This document shows positions 32,176-41,303 of a stretch of DNA of 64,000 nucleotides, piece by piece. Made by a program: the position numbers and the translations under genes. The stretch is from Polyangiaceae bacterium (GTDB taxonomy: Bacteria > Myxococcota_A > Polyangia > Polyangiales > Polyangiaceae), in assembly GCA_033763455.1 (NCBI GenBank), contig JANRKO010000023.1, positions 192,001 to 256,000 of the forward strand. The letters are read 5' to 3'. How positions within the stretch are numbered: the stretch's first letter is position 1; every line of letters begins with the position of its first letter. The notes under the pieces are model-generated. The model was given only the letters and a program-made list of their open reading frames with translations, made no database searches and had not been told where the DNA came from.

Positions 32176-33120
32176 ATGCCTTCTCCCCGCCATCCTGTAG
32201 TTTTTGAAATTGTTCCCACATCCACGGCGGATGGGCCGGGAAGGCTGCGCGAAGAAGCGGCCAAGGTTCGGAACCTCTTCGAAGAGGCGGGCCTGTGGGG
32301 CCAGGTAAATACCATCCTCATTCCGCAGCTCATCGCTGAAGAGGGGGATAGGCCTATCGCGTTGGCCGACAAGATAGATTCGGTCGATGCGAAGCGTTAT
32401 CTCTCGGAGGCCCTCCCACTTGAGTACATTCTCACGCAAGTGAGCGTCTTCACGCCCGAAGCCGAGCTCCGTGCGCGCATTGCCAAGCTACGCGCAGCTG
32501 GTGTGAATCAGGTGGTATTTGTCGGGGTTCCGCGAGTTTTTGACCCCAAAGATGTCGTGGGGCCGTACCCGAGCCAGGCCGTGCAGCTCTTTGAAAAGGA
32601 TGTGCCTGGCCGCGGCGTGATTCTCATTCCCACCCGCCCGGGAGAGGTCGCTCGCTTCTCCGAGAAGGCTCAAGCCGGCGCCACATTTGGCCTCACGCAG
32701 CTCTTGTTCAGCGATCACATCGTAGGTTTTCTGAAGGAGCTCGCCACGCGCCCGGAGCGCCCACAGATCCTGCTGTCGTTCGGTTACGTGCCGCAGCTAG
32801 AGACAACTCGCAACCTGATCCGCTGGCTCATCAAAGACACAACAGCACAAGCCCAAGCTGAGATGGCGGAGGTGTTTCGCATTGCGAGCCTCTCCTTCAA
32901 GGAAAAGCAGGAGCATTTGGTGGGCCTCGTGAAGCAAGTCGCCGAACAAGCCGTCCCACTGGGCTTTCCGCTCGGTCTCCACTTTGAGTGCCCGTACGGC
33001 CCCTCCAAGCCCGCCATGGAAGTGTTCGCCCGAGTGCTCGAAGCCTGGAACAATGTTGTAGGAAGTGGTGCCAATAATGAAGTTGCGCCAGCGCTTGCCC
33101 CCAACGCAGGCGGCGCTTGA
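32176..33120 (+). CDS. Mycobacterial-type (flavin-independent) methylenetetrahydrofolate reductase
   Basis: EEGDRPI, LTQVSVF, FVGVPR, GVILIPTR, GATFGLTQLLFSD, ILLSFGYVP, LIRWLI and LGFPLGLHFE match my recollection of the Rv2172c family over the whole length. Confidence 0.8.
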   Translation: MPSPRHPVVFEIVPTSTADGPGRLREEAAKVRNLFEEAGLWGQVNTILIPQLIAEEGDRPIALADKIDSVDAKRYLSEALPLEYILTQVSVFTPEAELRARIAKLRAAGVNQVVFVGVPRVFDPKDVVGPYPSQAVQLFEKDVPGRGVILIPTRPGEVARFSEKAQAGATFGLTQLLFSDHIVGFLKELATRPERPQILLSFGYVPQLETTRNLIRWLIKDTTAQAQAEMAEVFRIASLSFKEKQEHLVGLVKQVAEQAVPLGFPLGLHFECPYGPSKPAMEVFARVLEAWNNVVGSGANNEVAPALAPNAGGA

Positions 33121-34280
33121 GCTTGCTCCCTTTTGTCCCACCCATCCAGACCGCCGATCTAGCGCCAACACTCGGCACTATCGGCACCCGCCCCGAAGAC
33201 TTCATTGTCGACGAAATCCCGCTTTATCCCGCCTCGGGCAGCGGAGAGCACCTCTACGTGAAGCTTCGCAAGCGTGAACTCGCGACGCCTGATCTCCTAC
33301 GGGTTGTCTCCCGTGCTACTCGCATCAAAGAGCGAGATATCGGCTTCGCTGGCATGAAGGATAAGCACGCCATCACCACGCAGTGGCTTTCTTTTCCCAA
33401 AGGCTGCAGTGACCCTTCCACTTGGGAGCTCCCGGAATCCGTGGAAGTGGTTGAGCACACGCGGCACGCCAACAAGCTCCGCACGGGGCATCTCTTCGGA
33501 AATCGCTTCCAGGTGCGCCTGGTAAACCTCGCTCCAGGCTTTGAAACTAGAGCGGCTGCCATCGCTCTGCGTTTGCGTGCCGAAGGCCTCATCAACTATT
33601 TTGGAAGCCAGCGCTTCGGAATCAACGGGCGCAACTTGGCGGCCGCTATGAACGTCCTTTTTCGTCAAGCCAGCACGGAAGAGCAAGATCGCGACGCCAG
33701 CGCTCGCGGTGGGTCGCGGCGCTTTTACGCCAAGTTTAACCCCAGCGTTGTGCAATCCGAGATCTTTAACCGCTACGCCGAGCAGCGCGTGCGCTTGGGC
33801 AAAGGTCAGATATTCGCGGGCGAAACGGTGCGGCTCGAAGGCTCTCCAAAAACGTTCATCGTTGAGGACGAAGCTCTGGAACGCGTACGGCTGCTGGCCG
33901 GGCAGCTTCATCTCACCGGGCCAATTTTTGGATCGGGCTCACGCCTTCCAAGCGGGCGCACGGGAGAGCTCGTAACCGAAACATTGACGGCGCTCGGGCT
34001 CACCCACGAACACATCAAAAGTTTCGGTCGCGATGCGCGCGGCTCCGTTCGCGATCTGTTCGTTCCTCTCACCGATCTAACGCTTTCCACCGATTCCGCT
34101 CCCCCCGTGGATGCAACAAGAACGCCGGCAATACACCAACCCACCCTACTGTTGGAATTCACGCTCCCTGCCGGTTCTTACGCCACGCAGTTAATCCGAG
34201 AATTTACCCACAGTGATTTCTTCACAGGCCAACGCCAAGTGCCGACAACACGGGAACCAAGCGAAAACGCCGAAGGTTGA
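33117..34280 (+). CDS. truD: tRNA pseudouridine(13) synthase
   Basis: PEDFIVDE, FAGMKDKHAITTQW, NYFGSQRFG and LPAGSYAT. Confidence 0.93.
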   Translation: MSLLPFVPPIQTADLAPTLGTIGTRPEDFIVDEIPLYPASGSGEHLYVKLRKRELATPDLLRVVSRATRIKERDIGFAGMKDKHAITTQWLSFPKGCSDPSTWELPESVEVVEHTRHANKLRTGHLFGNRFQVRLVNLAPGFETRAAAIALRLRAEGLINYFGSQRFGINGRNLAAAMNVLFRQASTEEQDRDASARGGSRRFYAKFNPSVVQSEIFNRYAEQRVRLGKGQIFAGETVRLEGSPKTFIVEDEALERVRLLAGQLHLTGPIFGSGSRLPSGRTGELVTETLTALGLTHEHIKSFGRDARGSVRDLFVPLTDLTLSTDSAPPVDATRTPAIHQPTLLLEFTLPAGSYATQLIREFTHSDFFTGQRQVPTTREPSENAEG

Positions 34281-34319
34281 CGCGGCGTCGTGCCCGTTTC
34301 GCTCCTATCAAACGGCGCT

Positions 34320-34364
34320 GCACTTCACTACCCACTGGGCCAGTGGCACTTTCACTACCCACTG
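34320..34364. repeat. 14-bp direct repeat with an internal palindrome
   Basis: TTCACTACCCACTG at 34324 and 34351; CCACTGG-G-CCAGTGG at 34332-34346. Confidence 0.8.
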
Positions 34365-34838
34365 AGTGTAACTTGCTGACTAGCAAAAGCATGCTGTTGC
34401 CTTGAGTCAATGAACAAGGCGAGCGACAGGCTTTCAAAGCGGTAGCCGGTGAGTGTCACATGTGAGTGCGCAAGGGTCAATACCCCCGCCACCGACCCGA
34501 TATTGTGTGTGCAGGTGCTTATTGGTCCCCAATGTATGCCCCCAGCCGTGAGCACTCTCCTCACTTCGCTTTGGCTCCTTGCTTTGCGCCGGCCAATCAG
34601 GTGACGGCCACTGCCTAACTCGGACACCCTCGAGCACGAGGTACGCTCCGGGTGCATTGCAGGCTTTGCCTTGCTGAGGCGCTGGCTCATGCTAGCGGAC
34701 GTCGCGGCACGCGCAGGGCTTGAGGCGTTACGTCAGCGCAACGAGCAAAACCGCCGATGCCAAACGGCCGCCGTCACATGTTGCCGCTTGATGTACGATG
34801 CCTCCGGACCGATGCTTGGAGAACGGAGAGCTACCCCC

Positions 34839-36197
34839 ATGTGCACAATTCGATGGTCGCTGATACTCGCGCTTCTAGGTACGTTCGCGTGTGCCAAAGA
34901 GGATGATCCGCAGGGCAACGTCCCTGCGGACTCGATGGCAAACGTCGAGATGAACACCCCACCGCCGGACGATGGGGTTGGCACCGTCGGAAGCGCGGGC
35001 GGCACGGTCGTGAGCGCGGATGGGGTGTTAACGTTGAACGTGCCCGCAGGCGCGTTGTCCGCCGACGTTATGTTCACCATCCGGCCAGTTGCGATGGCGG
35101 ATTGGTCGACTACGATGGTAGGCCTCGCGCCGGTGGGCGGTGCGGTCTATGCGATCGAACCCGAAGGCACCTCCTTTGCGTCCCCCGCAACCTTAACGTG
35201 GCGATTCCCAACGATGCCCACAGAGGCCACTGTCTCGGGTCGGTTGGTGTTTCTGTTTGGTCTCGCGGAAAGTGCTAACGGCGCGTTAGGGACCCACATC
35301 GAGACCGACACCAAAACCATGGGGGCGAACGGATCCGGGCTGCTGGTGGAAAGTCGCATCGGACACTTGAGCCGACACATGCTCACCGGGCGGGGCATAT
35401 TATGGAGTGGCACCGACAGCGGAACCATGAAGTACGCGCACGAGGTGGGATCGATTGACATTGACCTGCACGGTGGCCGTCACGCCGTCGATTCACCGTG
35501 GCGGGCGCGTTCGATCACGGTAAATGAAAACGACGTGCTCGATAGCCCGACCCTAACCATCGCACAGGATCAAACTGGCCCCATCGTGGCCGAAGCGCAG
35601 CCCAATTGGCCCGCGTATACGGAGATCCAAGGATTTTCACTAGGCGGCGTTTGGCAGCCATCGTCGTTGCCGTCGTGGCGTTGCACAGCGGCGAGCGACC
35701 CCGGGGGCCAAGCAGGCACGAGCCCCGCTTCGATCTCAACACACGTCGAATTGGTATTCGAAGAGCGCATGCGAGGTGTCGACTTTCGTCGTATCGCTCG
35801 CCTGACCCACACCGAGCCGGTCGATTGTTTCGCGCGAGAACAAAAGGCCGAATACACCACAGAGCTTGCGCTCCTCGGTATGGCGCGCACCAAGGAATCA
35901 ACCATTGGCAATATGGACCAGTGGGACCTCTCGTTGTCGAGCGGCCTCCAAGGTCATCGTTGGTGCATTCCACCGGGGGGTACGATTGTGGTGTGTGTTG
36001 CGTCCAATCAACCGACCTCCGTGAACTACTTTCCGCAATACCCGCCGGGCTTCGAATGGTTGGACGTACAGCCGCCAGGATGTACGCAAATAAAGAACCT
36101 CGATCCAGACAACACCAACTGCGTGCTCCTCAAGCTTTCGACGCCGACGAACGGCACGCCAGCAACCATCGCTCAAGTTCAATCCAAGACGTTATGA
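34839..36197 (+). CDS. Hypothetical lipoprotein with ZU5-like N-terminal domain and Cys-rich C-terminus
   Basis: Lipobox TFAC after ATG 34839; VGSAGGTVVSADGVLTLNVPAGAL...YAIEPEGTSFASPATL. Confidence 0.65.
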   Translation: MCTIRWSLILALLGTFACAKEDDPQGNVPADSMANVEMNTPPPDDGVGTVGSAGGTVVSADGVLTLNVPAGALSADVMFTIRPVAMADWSTTMVGLAPVGGAVYAIEPEGTSFASPATLTWRFPTMPTEATVSGRLVFLFGLAESANGALGTHIETDTKTMGANGSGLLVESRIGHLSRHMLTGRGILWSGTDSGTMKYAHEVGSIDIDLHGGRHAVDSPWRARSITVNENDVLDSPTLTIAQDQTGPIVAEAQPNWPAYTEIQGFSLGGVWQPSSLPSWRCTAASDPGGQAGTSPASISTHVELVFEERMRGVDFRRIARLTHTEPVDCFAREQKAEYTTELALLGMARTKESTIGNMDQWDLSLSSGLQGHRWCIPPGGTIVVCVASNQPTSVNYFPQYPPGFEWLDVQPPGCTQIKNLDPDNTNCVLLKLSTPTNGTPATIAQVQSKTL

Positions 36198-36261
36198 ACT
36201 GGCAACCAACTCAGCCGCTAGACACGCGCATTGAGTCGCAAAATGATCGCGGATACCTGAA

Positions 36262-36954
36262 TCAGAGAAACCCAGCGAGGACCCTGAGCACGGGAGCGGC
36301 TACGTACCCAAAGAGGTGCCACGCCATATAAAGGCCAAGCATGCCGGCCATGGGCATTTCGTAAAACCAGTCGATCAGACGCCCTGCACTCTTTGGCCAG
36401 AAACCCTGCACTACCCCCGCCCCATCTAACGGAGGAACCGGCATCAGGTTAAACACGCCGAGCAGAGCGTTCAGATTCATCAAGATACTGAGGCCCATCA
36501 CCACCGCACCCAACGGTGAACTTTCTTCTGTTCCGGGCGGCAGGGCGACCATGTGAGTGAACTGAAGCTCAAACGCCGGAACCAAAACGCCAACGGCGAT
36601 AAGGACGCGCATCGCGACCAAGGCGAGCGCCGCCAAGAGCAAATTTGCCAACGGACCAGCCAGCGACATGACGCCTTGCTTCAACGGATTGCGGCGACCC
36701 CAAGTCGGATCAAAAGGAACCGAAGCCCACCCGATCATCCAGCCACCCAGGATGAACGATAGGATCGGCACAACGACCATTCCGAACGGTGAGCGACGAA
36801 TGTGCGGGACCGGATCGAGGCTCATTACGCCACCGGCGTAGGCGGTTGGATCGCCACCGCGATAGGCTGCATACGCGTGCGCAAACTCGTGGCAGGTGGT
36901 GCTGAACACGAACACCAGGTACCAGATCAATAAGTGGGCAAGGTTGAAGTCCAT
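36262..36954 (-). CDS. Site-2 protease (peptidase M50)
   Basis: HEFAH, SLAGPLAN and FNLMPVPPLDG. Confidence 0.92.
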   Translation of the reverse strand: MDFNLAHLLIWYLVFVFSTTCHEFAHAYAAYRGGDPTAYAGGVMSLDPVPHIRRSPFGMVVVPILSFILGGWMIGWASVPFDPTWGRRNPLKQGVMSLAGPLANLLLAALALVAMRVLIAVGVLVPAFELQFTHMVALPPGTEESSPLGAVVMGLSILMNLNALLGVFNLMPVPPLDGAGVVQGFWPKSAGRLIDWFYEMPMAGMLGLYMAWHLFGYVAAPVLRVLAGFL

Positions 36955-37175
36955 CGATCGAAGAGCAGGCACGTATCGTTGAGGCGTTGGAATGGCAAGG
37001 GCCCACGAGCGGGACGGCGCTCGCGGCCGTGAACGATAACGCATCCCAGGGTGCGCTCACGCAGGGGGACGGCCCCTGAAGCGTCCAAACAAGGCTCACA
37101 TCGGTGTTCCGCTACTTCACGGGAGACCGTGGTGGGAAGGATATTTTAAGACAATTCGTTCAGCATATTGCAGTT

Positions 37176-37203
37176 TGATGCATCATGCACGCATGATGCA
37201 TCA
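37176..37203. promoter_or_regulatory. Perfect 28-bp inverted repeat; putative operator
   Basis: TGATGCATCATGC-AC-GCATGATGCATCA, ending 2 nt before ATG 37206. The repeat is certain; its function is inferred. Confidence 0.65.
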
Positions 37204-37205
37204 TC

Positions 37206-39812
37206 ATGGGCTGGCTTCGAGAACTCCTAGAGCAGTCGCGTCTGAAGAGCTTCGACTCCCTGGCCAAAGCGTGCCTGACTCATCCGCACTGGCCGCAAGA
37301 CGTGGTCATTCAGAGCCGCTCGTTGGGTGCACTTCTGGGCAAACTGGATCGCAGAGAGGAGCTCGAGTGGCTGACTAGCCGACCGGAGGTGCAGGGGATC
37401 CTGGCGGAACTCTTGGGCTCGCGCTTCGTAGACCTTCAGCTCGCCATGCCCCAACCCAAGGGAGCGGCTGAACGGTGGCGATGGCGGGACGCCCCGAGAG
37501 CGGCTTCCCTTGAGCTCCTGCGGGAGGCGCTTCCCCCCGCCTTCCCCCACGAGCTTATAACCTTCGGACACGCCGCGTTCGGTGCTCGGGGCGAGCGTTT
37601 GCTGTGGGAGGCTCCTCGGGGTGCCGGCCAAGACTTGCTGGGCGCTTGGCTCGAAGCGAACCAGCGCGTGGAACGACTCTCGCCTCAAGAAGAATTGCAC
37701 ACGCGCACCTTCCAGCGGCCGCTCTTGGTTGAGATCGCACGTTTCGACTCCAGCCACGTTCAAGACATAGCACAACTTCTCGTTCGGATCCCGCGAACAC
37801 TTAACGTCTTGGTGACGTCGCCACCGAACCTACACCTTGCGCGATCGAGCAACTTACCCTGGTGCAGTTTCACCCAAGTTCATCACGAACCCAACCACGA
37901 TGACCTACACCGATTAGGTGCCTGGCTACTTCGACGCTTGCCTAAAGATTCTGCCCTATCAACGCCACGGGCATTCGACTTCGTCCAACAAACTCTGGTT
38001 GACCGACACTGGACAACTTTTGACGACATGCTCAGCCTGTGCGGAACGATTGATGAAGTGGGGTTCGATGCGAGGACCAATCTCCAACGCCTCTTCTCGG
38101 CGCTCGTGAGTGCACGCCTCAAACGGCTCACACAAGACCCGCTCGCTACCTGGTTGAAGAAACACGCCATTTCGGCCATTTCCGCCCTATTCGAAGAACT
38201 CATTCTTGAATACGGGACAGATTGGGAACAGGCGCGCTCTGTCGATGAATGGAGTGCGTTGGTGCCCCAAGAGTTTCAATCCGTGGTGGATGTGAATTGG
38301 CTCAAGCGCACACTACCGGAGGCCGACACTCATATCCGAGCGCGCGACATCGAGCGAGCTGCCAAACGCCTTTCACCCGGGGGCTTTCACATCGTCTTGG
38401 CACTCGAGCGGCTGGGATTCTTGTGCAACGACGACACAGGAGCTCTCAGGTTTGCACCGCATTGGCTCGGTCAGTACCTCTTAGACACGGTGCTCGCGCA
38501 CAGCGCTCGATTAGCTGCTCCGCAGCTGGGCGCCCTTATGCTGAGCGCACATGCCCCCGAAATCACTACTCGACTCGCGCAGAGTTTTGTTCAAGCTCGC
38601 GTTGAGCTCGATTCAGTGCTGGATCACACGGAGAGCCGCGAGCTTACCTCCGTTGTTACCGTTGAGCTTACTTTCCGCCTCACCGCCTTCGGCCTTTTCC
38701 GCGGCATAGATTGCGATAGCGAACATATCTCAGACCTCTGGGAGGCTCAGCTTAGCTCACTGGTAATCGACAGTGGGGGCTCTCCGGCACCACTGGTTAG
38801 CTTCCCGGAAGATCAGGCGACACAGCAACCGTTGCTCTCGGACGGATTCTTCTATGTAGCAGCACTAGCCCTGTCCGAACGCGTGCTTCCCTCTTGCCGC
38901 CCTCACTCATCTTTGGATCCCTTCCGGCACCAGGTGAGCGAAACACCGTTCCGCCGGGTCTTAGACAGGATCCGCGTGTTTCTTTCGTCTGCTGAGCCAA
39001 GTACCGATAGCGGGTGGTTGTCCGAAGTATATTTGCTTTTGCACCGCGTGCGCTCGCTCGTACCGCCAGCCCTCAAGAATCATCCCGCGTTTGCTATATC
39101 GCAGATTGCGGAAAGCTCTATCGATGGCACCTTAACCTGGAGCGCACTGAGCCGAATACCCAAGCAACCAGCCGCGATCGAAGCGTGGCGGCGCATTGCG
39201 GAACCGGAGCGAGCCTGGAGCCGCGTGTGTTCGAACTGTTTTGCGTCTTACCGAGAGGCTGGGTTCCCCGAACATATGGGGATCTTGGCGCCGGATGCCG
39301 CATTTTCAGCAACATTTTGGGCTGACATACCGGGAGCGCTCGTGGTGGAGCTCCTCAGTCATGGCCGCTCGGTACGGCTGGATCTGGCGGAGGCAGCTTG
39401 GGAAGACGTATTGAGGGGCTGGCAGGACACATTTTCTCCAGAGCTTCTTGCTCTGCTGCCCTCAAAGAAAACCCACTCTCTCCTGCAAAGCTTTGAGCAG
39501 CAGCCGGAATCTTTGATTTCCGCTATGTGGCACACGCACGCGACCTTTTGCGAAACTTTCTGCCAAGATCTCCTGCGCCTAGGTAAAGTTGAGCGCAGCG
39601 TTAACCTTCTACTGACAGCACCAAGCGCAAGCTTCACCTTGCTTGTACCAGCTCTCGGGCTTCTGCCGACACAGGTCGTAGCGATGCCGCCGAAGGTGCA
39701 GAGTGCACTCCGTGAACGCTTACACACGAGCGCGAAGGATAGAAATCCCGACTTTCAAGCCTGTCTCGAACTTCTACTGGAGCTGCAAGCAGCGCCGCCC
39801 ACGCGCAGTTAA
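37206..39812 (+). CDS. Large hypothetical protein with HTH-like N-terminus and degenerate P-loop
   Basis: 868-aa open frame; helical N-terminus (SFDSLAKAC...RSLGALLGKLDR); LLWEAPRGAGQDL and PLLVEI. Confidence 0.75.
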   Translation: MGWLRELLEQSRLKSFDSLAKACLTHPHWPQDVVIQSRSLGALLGKLDRREELEWLTSRPEVQGILAELLGSRFVDLQLAMPQPKGAAERWRWRDAPRAASLELLREALPPAFPHELITFGHAAFGARGERLLWEAPRGAGQDLLGAWLEANQRVERLSPQEELHTRTFQRPLLVEIARFDSSHVQDIAQLLVRIPRTLNVLVTSPPNLHLARSSNLPWCSFTQVHHEPNHDDLHRLGAWLLRRLPKDSALSTPRAFDFVQQTLVDRHWTTFDDMLSLCGTIDEVGFDARTNLQRLFSALVSARLKRLTQDPLATWLKKHAISAISALFEELILEYGTDWEQARSVDEWSALVPQEFQSVVDVNWLKRTLPEADTHIRARDIERAAKRLSPGGFHIVLALERLGFLCNDDTGALRFAPHWLGQYLLDTVLAHSARLAAPQLGALMLSAHAPEITTRLAQSFVQARVELDSVLDHTESRELTSVVTVELTFRLTAFGLFRGIDCDSEHISDLWEAQLSSLVIDSGGSPAPLVSFPEDQATQQPLLSDGFFYVAALALSERVLPSCRPHSSLDPFRHQVSETPFRRVLDRIRVFLSSAEPSTDSGWLSEVYLLLHRVRSLVPPALKNHPAFAISQIAESSIDGTLTWSALSRIPKQPAAIEAWRRIAEPERAWSRVCSNCFASYREAGFPEHMGILAPDAAFSATFWADIPGALVVELLSHGRSVRLDLAEAAWEDVLRGWQDTFSPELLALLPSKKTHSLLQSFEQQPESLISAMWHTHATFCETFCQDLLRLGKVERSVNLLLTAPSASFTLLVPALGLLPTQVVAMPPKVQSALRERLHTSAKDRNPDFQACLELLLELQAAPPTRS

Positions 39813-40513
39813 CCGTAACCTTGGCTATGAATATTGTCGACCGAAAGGCCTAGGCGCCGAAGTTCATCGCTCGTGCTCCGGGCCATTTCGGAGGTACCAC
39901 AGATAAATGCCTGCGGGGCCGATGTGCTGTGCAAAATCTTCGCGAGGTGAGTCTGTACGCGCCCACGTGCGCCCAGCCAATTCGGAGAGGCATCCGTGAG
40001 GCTTGGGATGAACTCAAACCGAGGGTGCTTTCGAGCTAACGCTTCGAACTCCTCCCTAAAGAGTATATCAGGCTCACTCCGGCAACCGAAGAGCAACACT
40101 AGTCGGTCGAGCATTGGGTGTCTGCCTTCGCTTTGAAACTCACTTTGGAGCATTGCCCTAAGGGGTGCCACGCCAGTGCCCACCGCGATGAAAAGCGCTG
40201 AGCCGGGCATTGGGGAGCGCACAAAATTCCCCCGTGGCTCACTGATCCAGAGCTGCTGCCCTGGCTCAACACTCCCAACAAACTGGTTGTTTCGATCGGA
40301 GGCCGCCATCTCGAATACGCCCGGAGAATCTGGATGTGGCGCGGAGGCGATAGAATACGCCGCCTTCTCGTCCGCCTCCGCGAGGCCAACCTCTAAGTGT
40401 TGACCCGGGATCCAAGTAAACGCGCTAGAAGCCCGGATCTTCAGGCCAACCACACCGGGAGCGAGCTTGCTTGTACTCAGTACCTCGGCCGGGCGGCGTT
40501 CGTGAGGGGGCAT
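39809..40513 (-). CDS. FAD/NAD(P)-binding oxidoreductase (ferredoxin reductase-like)
   Basis: PGQHL, YSIAS, IAVGTGVAPLRAM, LLFGCR and FICG. Confidence 0.9.
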   Translation of the reverse strand: MPPHERRPAEVLSTSKLAPGVVGLKIRASSAFTWIPGQHLEVGLAEADEKAAYSIASAPHPDSPGVFEMAASDRNNQFVGSVEPGQQLWISEPRGNFVRSPMPGSALFIAVGTGVAPLRAMLQSEFQSEGRHPMLDRLVLLFGCRSEPDILFREEFEALARKHPRFEFIPSLTDASPNWLGARGRVQTHLAKILHSTSAPQAFICGTSEMARSTSDELRRLGLSVDNIHSQGYG

Positions 40514-40637
40514 GGCTGGCAGAAGAGAAAGCTAGCAGATAGTGCCCGCTACCCGCCAAAACAAGGGACCCTTCTGAGGACCCAACGCCATGGTTGTGGT
40601 AGGTACGCGGTTGGCCCACCATGACCCAGCCCTCGTC

Positions 40638-41303
40638 ATGAATTTCTTCGGCCACGCCTGTATCGCCGCACGCCGGGAGAGGAGTGCGGAATTCATCCTC
40701 GGCGCCATGTTGCCCGACTTCGCGTCCATGCTCGGGGCGCGCGGCACGCATTCGACCTGCGACGAGACTGCAGCTGGCATTCGATTTCACCACGCCACCG
40801 ATCGCGTCTTTCACGAGACGCGAAACTTCAAAGACCTATCGCTAGCAAGCTCCAATTGGCTTTCGGCAAGGGCTCTCGACCGCGGTCCGGCTCGCGCGGT
40901 TGCGCACATCGGAACCGAAATATTGCTGGATACCTTTCTCGCCCAAGAAGACGGTGCACTTTTAGCCTACACGGGCGCCCTCTGCGTAGGCACGAAGGCC
41001 GGCCAGCTCCCAAACGTTACCATCTCTCCCCCTCACCTCGAAACAGCCCTCCCCAAGTTGTGTGGAACCCTCCTCGAAGCAACACCCCGCCTAGCTGACC
41101 CAAGGCCCGAAGCTATCGCGCTACGAGTCTTTAGAACCCTTTCGCACCGCCCAAAGCTGGCACTTAAGGACACTGAGGTCTCACTCGTGACTGATTGGGC
41201 TCGTCACTTTGCACCCGAGGTTTGCAGTGTAGCGGCTTCATGGATGCAGGAGCTCGAGAACGAGCTAAAAGGAGCGCATAGCGATGCCCAGATCGAAAGT
41301 TAG
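40638..41303 (+). CDS. ACP phosphodiesterase (AcpH)-like protein
   Basis: MNFFGHA, GAMLPDF and GIRFHHATDRVFH. Confidence 0.6.
   Translation: MNFFGHACIAARRERSAEFILGAMLPDFASMLGARGTHSTCDETAAGIRFHHATDRVFHETRNFKDLSLASSNWLSARALDRGPARAVAHIGTEILLDTFLAQEDGALLAYTGALCVGTKAGQLPNVTISPPHLETALPKLCGTLLEATPRLADPRPEAIALRVFRTLSHRPKLALKDTEVSLVTDWARHFAPEVCSVAASWMQELENELKGAHSDAQIES

Noticed and set aside
34320..34364. CRISPR array
   Set aside because: Only two 14-bp copies with a 13-nt spacer, and no cas genes.
37175..37188. FNR/CRP box
   Set aside because: The TTGAT and ATCA half-sites are separated by 2 nt, not 4.
37175..37378. ORF starting MMHHARMMHHHG as a histidine attenuator leader
   Set aside because: The CAT/ATG codons are a by-product of the palindrome, since the minus strand reads similarly. 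There is no terminator and no his gene, and the ORF runs out of frame through the large gene. Not fully excluded as a uORF.
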